In this document: positions 8,644 to 16,674 of the stretch, piece after piece
How the letters are laid out: each line of letters opens with the position of its first letter
Numbering within the stretch: the first letter of the stretch is position 1
IMG/VR virus record: IMGVR_UViG_3300023210_000012
Reading direction: 5' to 3' (one strand)
Length of the DNA stretch: 64,000 bases
Source: an uncultured virus (IMG/VR IMGVR_UViG_3300023210_000012)
Lineage: Duplodnaviria > Heunggongvirae > Uroviricota > Caudoviricetes
The notes under the pieces: generated by a model
The model's input: only the letters and a program-made list of their open reading frames with translations
What the model was told of the DNA's origin: nothing
Databases searched by the model: none
Position numbers and translations under genes: made by a program

Positions 8644-10053
8644 ATGCTCACCAGATCCAGCCTCATCCTTCTAGATTCCATCGGTCGATCACCGTTGAAA
8701 TTGCTCAGCGAGATGGATCGTGGGCTCCGCGCACTTGAGCGTCGAGCAGCCGCAGATCCAACAGATACGCACGCCCAACAGCGGGCCGGTCATGAGAAGA
8801 GGCGTGCTGGTCCTCCAGATAAAGAACACAACTGGCGCTTCAACGGTAAGGGTTGGTTCACTCGTCCTCAGTGGAACGGTGGTAAGTGCCCTTCAGGTTC
8901 TAAGGCAACACAGCACAACACCTGTATTGGTGATGACGACCCGGATAAACATCAATACAACACCAAAAGTCCTGAAGAGATGGAGCCGGAGAATAAAGTC
9001 AGTTGGGACCATGACGCTAACCCAGCATCGGATCGCTGGACTAAGCGGGCAGAAATAGCCCGAACTCCAGAGGTAGAAAACTCGCCCATCTATTCCAAGA
9101 AGGGGAGCAAGATTAACTGGGATCACCCACACGGACCGCGCATCTACGAGCCGCATGACAACGAGACGCCTCGCGCTCTTCCTCATAGCCCAGAACACAT
9201 TGGGCACGCGTTTACACAGGGTAATCCAGGGATTGGCCGTTACGGGCGGGAACGCCAGGCGGAACGCGACCGAATTGTCAACCACTACACAGATCGTGGT
9301 TACGATGAAAAGTATGTTCGGTCGACGCTTAGTGGTCGTGAGAAGAACTCGGACATCAGTGGTCTGTCCGACGCGGACGTCGAAAGAATTCCTGATCGGA
9401 AGACAACGCTTAGGGCGGCTAAGAGGAAAAGGGTAATAGATCAACGCCAGAGAGACGTTGAAGCGGCTGACAGGGAAGCACAGAGAGCGGCACGTCTGGC
9501 TAACGGGGATGACGATGACCTCGATCGCTACCACTATGCCGACTACGATGACTACGATGACGATTATGACTACGACGATCGACGCTTCGACTACGATGAC
9601 TACGACGACGATAGTGCTCCGGTCATAGGCGGTTACGAGAACCATCCAGGTTACCCAGGACACCCAGACTACCCTCAGTTTGACGGTAGTTCGGCAGAGC
9701 ATGAGAAGGATACTCAAGAGAGAGCCAGTGCTCGACAGCAGGATCGCGATCGCTACCATGCGAGATTCACCCGCCAAGGTAGGGGCGACCGGCAAGCGTC
9801 CCGTCCAGAACCAGATACATCTCCTGGAGAATTCTCAGGTCCTGCGGGTCGTGGCGAGCCGCGTTGGGCTAGAACTGGACAGCGTAAGGACCCCCAAGGC
9901 GGCGGGGCAGATGATAATCCCCAAAGCGGCAGAAATCGTGGCAGCAACCGCACCAGCCACCGCCCCCATGAGGGGGGCGGTCGTGGTCGCACGAACAGCC
10001 GTAGACGAGGCGGACGTCGCGCCCCTGGCGGCGGTCGTGAGAGTGGGAACTAA
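8644..10053 (+). CDS. Tagged, largely disordered protein with an Asp/Tyr-rich tract and Arg/Gly-rich C-terminus
   Basis: N-terminus RSSLILLDSIGRSPLKLLSE; YDDYDDDY repeats; TATACT lies 7 nt before the ATG. Confidence 0.75.
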   Translation: MLTRSSLILLDSIGRSPLKLLSEMDRGLRALERRAAADPTDTHAQQRAGHEKRRAGPPDKEHNWRFNGKGWFTRPQWNGGKCPSGSKATQHNTCIGDDDPDKHQYNTKSPEEMEPENKVSWDHDANPASDRWTKRAEIARTPEVENSPIYSKKGSKINWDHPHGPRIYEPHDNETPRALPHSPEHIGHAFTQGNPGIGRYGRERQAERDRIVNHYTDRGYDEKYVRSTLSGREKNSDISGLSDADVERIPDRKTTLRAAKRKRVIDQRQRDVEAADREAQRAARLANGDDDDLDRYHYADYDDYDDDYDYDDRRFDYDDYDDDSAPVIGGYENHPGYPGHPDYPQFDGSSAEHEKDTQERASARQQDRDRYHARFTRQGRGDRQASRPEPDTSPGEFSGPAGRGEPRWARTGQRKDPQGGGADDNPQSGRNRGSNRTSHRPHEGGGRGRTNSRRRGGRRAPGGGRESGN

Positions 10054-10088
10054 GTAGCTGCTAGCGCCTAAGTCGGTATAACCATGTC

Positions 10089-10460
10089 GTGATAGGACAT
10101 ACCGACTTGGGACCGATGAAAGCAGCTATAGGTTGGGTCAGGTTCGTCGCACAAGGTGAACGAGACAATGCGCCCATCAAACTCTATCTCGTAGAGAAGA
10201 TGTCCTACGAGGATCACGAGATCGATAACAACCCAGACGTGATCATCAATGCCACCTCAGAGCCCTGTGGGATTGAGCTTACGTGCGACGATGCCCTCAA
10301 AGAGTGGACGGTCACGGTGGGAGGGGCATTCCACAGTAAACACGTGGACCGCCCCATCGATATCCTGAAGTCAGGTAAGTGGAACATGAGATCAGCCTGG
10401 AGTCTGGCCCGTCAGGCGGTCATTGATATGTCTGTTCTCGACTGGATGGCAATGCTTTAA
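10089..10460 (+). CDS. Hypothetical protein ending SVLDWMAML
   Basis: 123-aa ORF; GGTATAAC ends 6 nt before the GTG start. Confidence 0.6.
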   Translation: MIGHTDLGPMKAAIGWVRFVAQGERDNAPIKLYLVEKMSYEDHEIDNNPDVIINATSEPCGIELTCDDALKEWTVTVGGAFHSKHVDRPIDILKSGKWNMRSAWSLARQAVIDMSVLDWMAML

Positions 10461-10507
10461 TCGCGGCCAAGCATCCAGGTATAAGGATTGACAACGAAAG
10501 GGGCCCT

Positions 10508-11548
10508 ATGGCTACCAAGAAGAAGGCAAAGAAAAAGACCAAGAAGAAGAAGAAGGTCACCAAGAAGGCGACCAAAAAGACGACCAAGAAGAAAAAGAAG
10601 CGGAAGGGACCTCAACCCCTCTCTGCTTCCGAGATGTCCAAGCTCAGGAAAGCTGCCATTAAGCGCCAACTTCCCAAGGCCTATAAGGACCTCACGCTCG
10701 CTGAGATGAATCAGGTCCAGCAGTGGACTTCTACGGAGGGCGGATTTCAGCGCCAGCTCTCCAATAAGCAGGTCAACGAGGTGGCGGCGTTCATGCTCTA
10801 CTCTCCCACGCCTGTTGTGCCGCCTATTCTCCTGGCCCGCCTCAAAGGTGAGCGCGGACTCAAGCGGTGGTGCATTGATGGTCAGCATCGTCTGAAGGGC
10901 GCCCTTCAGGCTGGCCTGAGCATTCCTGCAGTCACCATCACCGTGAAGTCCCTTGAGCAGGCTCGATACCTGTTCTTGATCTACAACTCCAAGGCGACGA
11001 AGGTGTCGAAGAAGTTCATCGGTCTGGTCTCGAACAACGAGGTCGCAAAGCTGACCCGTGACCTGGCTAGCGAATACAGCACCTTCTACGAGCACATCAA
11101 GCGCCTCGGGATCGGACTCCTGGGCGGAAAGACGACCAAGTATTGGGACGAGGTGGCCCACGATGCGGTCATTCCCGAGACCTTCGTTACGCAAATGCGG
11201 ACCATCCTCACTATGTGGACTACCGACAAGCGGTGGACTCCTGGCAAGTTCCCGGATGAAAAGAAGGGTGAGGTCACACGCTGTATCTCCAAGCGCGTCG
11301 TGGCGTCCTGCAAGAGCGCCTACTGCGTCCCTGGGATGCTCCAGGTCGTAGGAGCCGTCGTGCGTGATCTCGGCGCCACCACTCCTCGGCAGGTGCGGAC
11401 CATCGTCCGTGTCGCCCAGAAGTCCATTCGGTTCAAGAGTCCAACTCTGCGCCGTGACGCCGGTCTCAACGGCATGGAGACGTGGTGCATTGAGATCGAT
11501 AAGCTCAAGTCCAGCGTGGCCAAGCACGCTCTCGCAGATGGGTCGTAG
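10508..11548 (+). CDS. DGQHR (ParB/DndB-superfamily) protein with a Lys-rich N-terminal tail
   Basis: FQR motif and CIDGQHRL; N-terminus ATKKKAKKKTKKKKKVTKK; GC-rich third codon positions; GAAAGGGG RBS. Confidence 0.8.
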   Translation: MATKKKAKKKTKKKKKVTKKATKKTTKKKKKRKGPQPLSASEMSKLRKAAIKRQLPKAYKDLTLAEMNQVQQWTSTEGGFQRQLSNKQVNEVAAFMLYSPTPVVPPILLARLKGERGLKRWCIDGQHRLKGALQAGLSIPAVTITVKSLEQARYLFLIYNSKATKVSKKFIGLVSNNEVAKLTRDLASEYSTFYEHIKRLGIGLLGGKTTKYWDEVAHDAVIPETFVTQMRTILTMWTTDKRWTPGKFPDEKKGEVTRCISKRVVASCKSAYCVPGMLQVVGAVVRDLGATTPRQVRTIVRVAQKSIRFKSPTLRRDAGLNGMETWCIEIDKLKSSVAKHALADGS

Positions 11549-11690
11549 CGACAAGCAGATTGATGTGTGGCCCGGTCTCGACGTAGAGCTGATATGCGAC
11601 TACGTCGAGCGGGACGCACAGCGTCCAGCAACCGCCACGATCTTCATCAAACTTCGCTCGCACAGGGGATCCATCGCGAGAGTGCCTTGA
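11538..11690 (+). CDS. Small hypothetical protein (50 aa)
   Basis: ATG overlaps the end of the DGQHR gene; corresponds to the 3' part of track ORF 11364..11690. Confidence 0.35.
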   Translation: MGRSDKQIDVWPGLDVELICDYVERDAQRPATATIFIKLRSHRGSIARVP

Positions 11691-11709
11691 TTGCGGGAAG
11701 TGGTACTAG

Positions 11710-12252
11710 ATGAACGAGAACGACATGCCGACAATTGATGATTCAATGCTTCACTCTAGTCCGTGGAAGCGTCCGGCGTCTGCGGAGGCCTGGGAGTCGG
11801 TCAAAGCATCAGGATGGGCTACCAAGGCGCTGAGAGTCGTCTACCAGGTCCTTTACGAGGGTGGACCCCTTACTCTCAGAGAACTGGACCGGGACGCTTC
11901 GGTTGCGGCTGGGGTGCCGACAAAAGCCTACACCGCAAAGGACGTATCGCGTGGTAGCACGTTTGTGCGACGGCTTTACGATCTTCGCGCTCATGGGCTC
12001 GTCTCGGCGATAGGGCAGACCAGGGTCTGCACGGTCTCTAACAAGGAGGAACCCCTCTACGACGTGACCTCTAACGCTTGTCCTGAGGAGAAGCTCAAGC
12101 CGATAACAAAGGATGCCCTGCGTAAACGTGTTGCATCGCTGGAGCTCCTGGTCGGCCAACTCCTGAAAATACGGAAAGGGTGCCCTACGTGTGCCCTAAC
12201 GCCAGTGTCTGGTCTCCCTCCCTCTGCAGCGCCAGCAAGCACAGAAGCATAG
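11710..12252 (+). CDS. Winged-helix-like hypothetical protein
   Basis: VYQVLYEGGPLTLRELD...RRLYDLRAHGLV pattern; CPTC near the C-terminus. Confidence 0.6.
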   Translation: MNENDMPTIDDSMLHSSPWKRPASAEAWESVKASGWATKALRVVYQVLYEGGPLTLRELDRDASVAAGVPTKAYTAKDVSRGSTFVRRLYDLRAHGLVSAIGQTRVCTVSNKEEPLYDVTSNACPEEKLKPITKDALRKRVASLELLVGQLLKIRKGCPTCALTPVSGLPPSAAPASTEA

Positions 12253-12369
12253 ACCGTCCCTGCCGTCCTTGTAGGCATTCTCGCACGGTGCGTGGATGGA
12301 TCTTCGGTCGTCGAGGATTTTGTCCATCGCCGCCTTTAGGGCAATGACCTCTTTATCGATGTCGTCCAT
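12196..12369 (-). CDS. Small Cys-rich protein (57 aa, below the track cutoff)
   Basis: AAGGAGG RBS, then MDDIDKEVIALKAAMDKILDD...LCFCACWRC; its end overlaps the convergent gene. Confidence 0.45.
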   Translation of the reverse strand: MDDIDKEVIALKAAMDKILDDRRSIHAPCENAYKDGRDGLCFCACWRCRGRETRHWR

Positions 12370-12431
12370 TGCTGCCTCCTTATGGACAAGAAAGGGGATC
12401 TAGGCAAAACGACGTGTGATATTCTGGGGGT

Positions 12432-12743
12432 ATGGCCCTGCTACATCGATCTCCGCTTCGTCTGATCGCCGAGGGTCAGGCCTACCGTGAGGAGCCTAAC
12501 AACACCCACGAGCACATGTTCAAAAGTGCGGTCCAGGCAGGACACGGTGGGTCATTCCTTCGGGACAACAGAACGGGTAAACACATCATTCACCCAGGCG
12601 GCGAGCCTGGCACCCGTAAGGACGAGCGTAGGGGGCACCTAAAAGGTCAGGCCGTCTCTCGGGCCAGTGGTGGGAGTAAGGTTACGATCCACTACTGGGA
12701 ACACCCGAAGACTGGTAACCGGATCCACCTCAAGTTCAAATAG
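12432..12743 (+). CDS. Tagged small protein, possible toxin-type RNase domain
   Basis: N-terminus LHRSPLRLIAE; C-terminus VTIHYWEHPKTGNRIHLKFK resembles a recalled polymorphic-toxin RNase signature; TG-A-TATTCT lies 6 nt before the ATG. Confidence 0.65.
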   Translation: MALLHRSPLRLIAEGQAYREEPNNTHEHMFKSAVQAGHGGSFLRDNRTGKHIIHPGGEPGTRKDERRGHLKGQAVSRASGGSKVTIHYWEHPKTGNRIHLKFK

Positions 12744-12770
12744 GCTACAAGATTGAAGTTTGTGCGAGTA

Positions 12771-14429
12771 TCAAAATAGGCCTGATAGTTCTTTAATCAA
12801 CGGGTCTTCATCGCTATCTGGTCCGGGTTCCTTGGTCATCCACTCTGGAGGCTTCTCTTTAGGGAGCGTCCTACGCGTTGACTGGGGACTCTTCGTCACA
12901 CGCCCTATATCGTAGACGACATCAACGGGCACCTTGTCGACTCCTAGCTCTCTCGATATAGCCAGCCGGTGATTTCCTTCGCCGATCTTCACACCCCCGT
13001 CGCTGCCTACGCGTAGTTCGAGTGGTTCCTCTGAATTCCACCCCTCATCTGACATCTTCTTCTTCAGTTGATGCCAATGCTCGGCGCCACCGCGACTGTG
13101 TTCAGGGTTGCGCAGATACTCTCGGTGTGGCCAAAGTTCGTGAACTGGAACCATTAAAGGACCTATTCCGTGACGAGGCCTCTGCTCCTCCTGTTGCCAC
13201 CTATCAATTAGTAGCTGGATGTGATCATTTGGGTCGACGTCGTAATAGTTATCGTTGGCTGGCGTATAGGTATAGTTCGGATCGGACGTCCTTGGATCTG
13301 GGCGCTTATTCATACTGGCCATGTAGCCATTCAAGTAGACATTGGGATCTTCTACGTCCGGATGGTGGCGATCGGCCAGTTCTCCAGCATCGGCAGCAGC
13401 ATGCCCTGCATCCCATGAAGCCTGGGGGAATTGACCCCTACTCATCTCGGCGGAACTATACCCTTCCTCATAACCTCCTTTGTGCCGGACATCGGCGTGA
13501 TCAGGGTCTCTAGGGAGACCGTCTACGCGGTGAGACCGTCCTAGTTCCCACGCGTCTTCTCTACGCTCGTCTTCCAGGTCTACATCGTAAGGGTTCACGC
13601 TCTGATGGCCAGATGCAGCTCTAACCTTGAGCTCGTTACGAAGGGCCCCGTGGCGAGCTTTTAGCTCAGGCAACCTGCTTCGGTCCTGACGCAGTTCTGC
13701 CTTCGTGTCCCCGATTGCAGCCTGGAGCTCATAGTTCGAGCGGCCTCTAAACTGCGGGTCACCGTCCATGAAGTCCTTCCCTTCCCACGAGGGAATCAAA
13801 ACCTCAGTCTCAGCGGTGGTCTGATAGGACCCAAGGGTATCCCTTGGTTTGATCTCTATCACAGACAGACCAGCGCCCTTCCGGTCTACGAATGAGTCGG
13901 CGACCTTCTGGTCCATGGAATAGGACGTGGCTGCCTCGTCCGCAGGAGATCCACCCCCTCGATACATTCTGATGGGGGTGTCCATGAACTCATCAAACGG
14001 CACCTGAGACCTGGTCATGGACTGGTATTCCTGGTGCATGATGTTCAGCCCGGCGTTCCGAACCTCTGGATTCTTCTTGATGTGGTTCAGGAGCATGGCC
14101 TTGTATTTTCGGTCCGCGTTCCTGAACCATCCAGCCAGAAGACCCCTCGGAAGGGCTTTCAGTGTTTGGACAGCTGAAGCGCGGCTTACCTCGCGAAGTC
14201 CGCTTTGTGAGGCTCCCTGTGAGGCTTCCTCTCTTGCGCCATCAAATCCGACCTTGTAAGCGGCCTTGTCAACGGCCTTACTGTCATCGAAGCCATCAGG
14301 CCCGTATCTCTTGAAGTGGCGATAGCCGAGGTCCCACGAGCGCTTACGCTCGCCCTGCAGCGCTTCCAGCAGTCTCAGAGGGGACCGGTAGAGTGACCCT
14401 TCTATCAGATTTAGTAGGGGCCTAGTCAT
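12771..14429 (-). CDS. Tagged multidomain protein: ADP-ribosyltransferase-like domain, RMF-like repeats and a ParB/Srx-like domain
   Basis: N-terminus LNLIEGSLYRSPLRLLE; R-S-E ART pattern MYRG...TSYS...ETEVLI; C-terminal IGEGNHRLAISRELGVDKVPV. Confidence 0.75.
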   Translation of the reverse strand: MTRPLLNLIEGSLYRSPLRLLEALQGERKRSWDLGYRHFKRYGPDGFDDSKAVDKAAYKVGFDGAREEASQGASQSGLREVSRASAVQTLKALPRGLLAGWFRNADRKYKAMLLNHIKKNPEVRNAGLNIMHQEYQSMTRSQVPFDEFMDTPIRMYRGGGSPADEAATSYSMDQKVADSFVDRKGAGLSVIEIKPRDTLGSYQTTAETEVLIPSWEGKDFMDGDPQFRGRSNYELQAAIGDTKAELRQDRSRLPELKARHGALRNELKVRAASGHQSVNPYDVDLEDERREDAWELGRSHRVDGLPRDPDHADVRHKGGYEEGYSSAEMSRGQFPQASWDAGHAAADAGELADRHHPDVEDPNVYLNGYMASMNKRPDPRTSDPNYTYTPANDNYYDVDPNDHIQLLIDRWQQEEQRPRHGIGPLMVPVHELWPHREYLRNPEHSRGGAEHWHQLKKKMSDEGWNSEEPLELRVGSDGGVKIGEGNHRLAISRELGVDKVPVDVVYDIGRVTKSPQSTRRTLPKEKPPEWMTKEPGPDSDEDPLIKELSGLF

Positions 14430-15564
14430 CGGCCACCTTAGCGCAGCCTACATCGCGCATCACAATCTCGCCGGTACTGTGGCGAATTCCCCAATTATCC
14501 TCATGAAGGTCACACGGCACCACACCTCGCGATACAAGCTCACGCACATCAGCTGCGACACGCTCGAACTGTTCCCCTACATGGGGCTCGAAGCTCTTAG
14601 CCGCCCGTTGTCGTTCCTCCTTTATTAACTCGTCGTAACCGCGCAGGTAGTCCTCTCGACCCATGCCCCTTTTTGCTCTCATGTAAAGGAGAATGTCGTT
14701 CAGATGCCGTCCAAATCCGGACGGCCGGTACCAATTCCCGAAGAATGCTTGAAGCTGCTTTTCCTGTGGGTCATCAGCGTTAAGGTCACGAAGGTTCTCT
14801 CGATGGATCGCCGTTACCCCTCTTTTCATCACTGGGTCATTAGTACTTAATGGTGTAACGCTTCCAAAGCGCGGGAGGGACGAGAGCTTGCTGAGGACAG
14901 GGTCTCGCATTACGGCCTCAGCGAGCACACCTTCATCAAGGCCTCTATCGATCTTCATGATCGCCTCCGTGCCATCTGATAGCGGAGGGGCCCTGTAGAC
15001 GCAGCCGAACTTGCCGCAGCCGAGCTCATCACCGAGTTGGAGCTCTGGGCGAGACTGTTTTAGTTCCTTAACGGCGGTCTCTCCCGTCTCACGCATTGTC
15101 CGTGCAAGGCCATCATCACCGTAAGCGTCACGCAGCGCTATCAAACTTTTGTGCTGGCGGGAGCGGGGCATGCCGGAGTGCCCGCCAAGGTCTCGGCGTA
15201 GGCTAGGAGGAAGCCCAGGAATGTGCTTCCCTCTAGCCGCCTCGAACCCGGCCATATAGGCCTCTTGGTTATCGGAGGCGCTAGGGTCCTGCTCATGTCC
15301 GCGAACAGCATGATGGTAGCCGAGGTCGTGGGCGCGTCTCTTCTTGTCCTCGGGCGTTTCATTCGCTCGCATGTTGTCGTAAAAAGCCTTCGTGTTGGCA
15401 GCCATTTCTGCCTTTTCGCGTGCCACTGTGGCGGGGCTCTTAGGGGTGTTAAGGACCCAGTCCTCTTTCTCATGGTCCCAATATCCAGATGGGGATCCTT
15501 CCATCAGCCTTAGAGGGGACCGGTAGAGCGAACCTTCAATAAGATTGAAGTTTTGTGCGAGCAT
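14422..15564 (-). CDS. Tagged protein-kinase-fold enzyme
   Basis: Gly loop LGCGKFGCVY, IMK lysine, catalytic DLHEDNW and RDVG; N-terminus FNLIEGSLYRSPLRLME. Confidence 0.8.
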   Translation of the reverse strand: MLAQNFNLIEGSLYRSPLRLMEGSPSGYWDHEKEDWVLNTPKSPATVAREKAEMAANTKAFYDNMRANETPEDKKRRAHDLGYHHAVRGHEQDPSASDNQEAYMAGFEAARGKHIPGLPPSLRRDLGGHSGMPRSRQHKSLIALRDAYGDDGLARTMRETGETAVKELKQSRPELQLGDELGCGKFGCVYRAPPLSDGTEAIMKIDRGLDEGVLAEAVMRDPVLSKLSSLPRFGSVTPLSTNDPVMKRGVTAIHRENLRDLNADDPQEKQLQAFFGNWYRPSGFGRHLNDILLYMRAKRGMGREDYLRGYDELIKEERQRAAKSFEPHVGEQFERVAADVRELVSRGVVPCDLHEDNWGIRHSTGEIVMRDVGCAKVADD

Positions 15565-15583
15565 CAGCTCATCTTAGCCTATC
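15498..15583 (-). repeat. 86-bp direct repeat, copy 1 (promoter-like element plus tag-coding sequence)
   Basis: Identical to 16551..16636 on base-by-base reading. Confidence 0.9.
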
Positions 15584-15606
15584 TCTCAGAGTCAGAGGGG
15601 TTAGCT

Positions 15607-16617
15607 CTAAATCTGCGGACGCGGACCAGAGGGCTTTCTTACGACACGATAGCTGCCGATATCGCGGACAACGACCTCGTTCGTGGATGGTCTGACACCG
15701 AGGTTCACAAGATGGCGGTCATTGTCTGTAACGGACATATCAGATGGCAGGATCCCGTTTTGGGCCATTGACTTTATGTTCTCTGAAAACTGATCGAACT
15801 GCTCAAGATCCTCTGGGTGCATATTCGGTCGATGTTCACTGGTGATCTGGTCCAGAAGACTACCGATATTGTCGCGCCCGGCAGTAGTGTGAAAGTTGAA
15901 CTGCTGGGTCCCGATTGAATTGCCTGCGGCGCTAACATATTTGCGCCACGCCTCTTCGTCATTGAATTCAACGTCTTTGAGATCCTCGCGATGGATGGCG
16001 TGCACAGTCTGACCAGGTTCCATCCGCCTGTCCCTCGGGGCGTGTTCCGTGCGGGTTACCCCATGGAAATTAGGTAAAGCTCCGTTGTTCCGAAGAGCTT
16101 CATTGCCCATTACATATTCAGCTAGTCGCGCTTCGCTGTTACCCAGTTCGAGCTTAGTGACGTGGTCTGGGTGCAATCCTCCCCTGAAGACCATAGCAGT
16201 GCCGCCGATCCCTAACCGCTCCCCGTACTTGTGCCCCTGACTACTCTCCAGATCCCCACTGGCGTCTCTAATTGAGTCATACATGTCATACTGGAAGTCT
16301 TTACGATCATTCTTAAAGACTCGATGCCACCAGGGAGTTTTAGGCTGACTACGGTCAAAGGCATCCCAGACTTCGTCACCCTCTTCAGCTGGCGCCACCT
16401 GAATCTTCTCGTGACTCTTCATCCCAGAATCGTAGCCAGCGTTGTAGGCTTTATATTCTTCACCTTGAAAATCGAAATTGCTTACCCCGGTACCTCTGAC
16501 GGCGTGGTGGTAGCCACGGTCCCACACCTTTTTCAGCTCTGGGTCCATCTCTTCCATCAGCCTTAGAGGGGACCGGTAGAGCGAACCTTCAATAAGATTG
16601 AAGTTTTGTGCGAGCAT
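15607..16617 (-). CDS. Tagged protein-kinase-fold paralogue with an atypical catalytic loop
   Basis: LGIGGTAMVF, VTK, IHREDL (cf. IHRENL in the neighbour), SDMSVTDNDRHLVN and RDIG; same N-terminal tag. Confidence 0.7.
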   Translation of the reverse strand: MLAQNFNLIEGSLYRSPLRLMEEMDPELKKVWDRGYHHAVRGTGVSNFDFQGEEYKAYNAGYDSGMKSHEKIQVAPAEEGDEVWDAFDRSQPKTPWWHRVFKNDRKDFQYDMYDSIRDASGDLESSQGHKYGERLGIGGTAMVFRGGLHPDHVTKLELGNSEARLAEYVMGNEALRNNGALPNFHGVTRTEHAPRDRRMEPGQTVHAIHREDLKDVEFNDEEAWRKYVSAAGNSIGTQQFNFHTTAGRDNIGSLLDQITSEHRPNMHPEDLEQFDQFSENIKSMAQNGILPSDMSVTDNDRHLVNLGVRPSTNEVVVRDIGSYRVVRKPSGPRPQI

Positions 16618-16636
16618 CAGCTCATCTTAGCCTATC
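16551..16636 (-). repeat. 86-bp direct repeat, copy 2
   Basis: Identical to 15498..15583. Confidence 0.9.
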
Positions 16637-16674
16637 CGAGTCCGCCACCAAACTCGAATAGCCGCCCTTAGAGG

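Noticed and set aside
8893..9795. 300-aa minus-strand ORF with a very hydrophobic V/I stretch
   Set aside because: Mirror of the Asp/Tyr repeat on the + strand gene, not a membrane protein.
10508..11548. Dnd phosphorothioation system
   Set aside because: Only a lone DGQHR protein; no dndC/D/E-like genes in the window.
10457..11554. 365-aa minus-strand ORF that contains RSPL/RSPP strings
   Set aside because: Antisense to the DGQHR gene, which has an RBS and clear motifs; the RSPL strings are internal and treated as chance.
15498..16636. Diversity-generating retroelement TR/VR pair
   Set aside because: The copies are identical, lie at gene 5' ends, and no reverse transcriptase is present.
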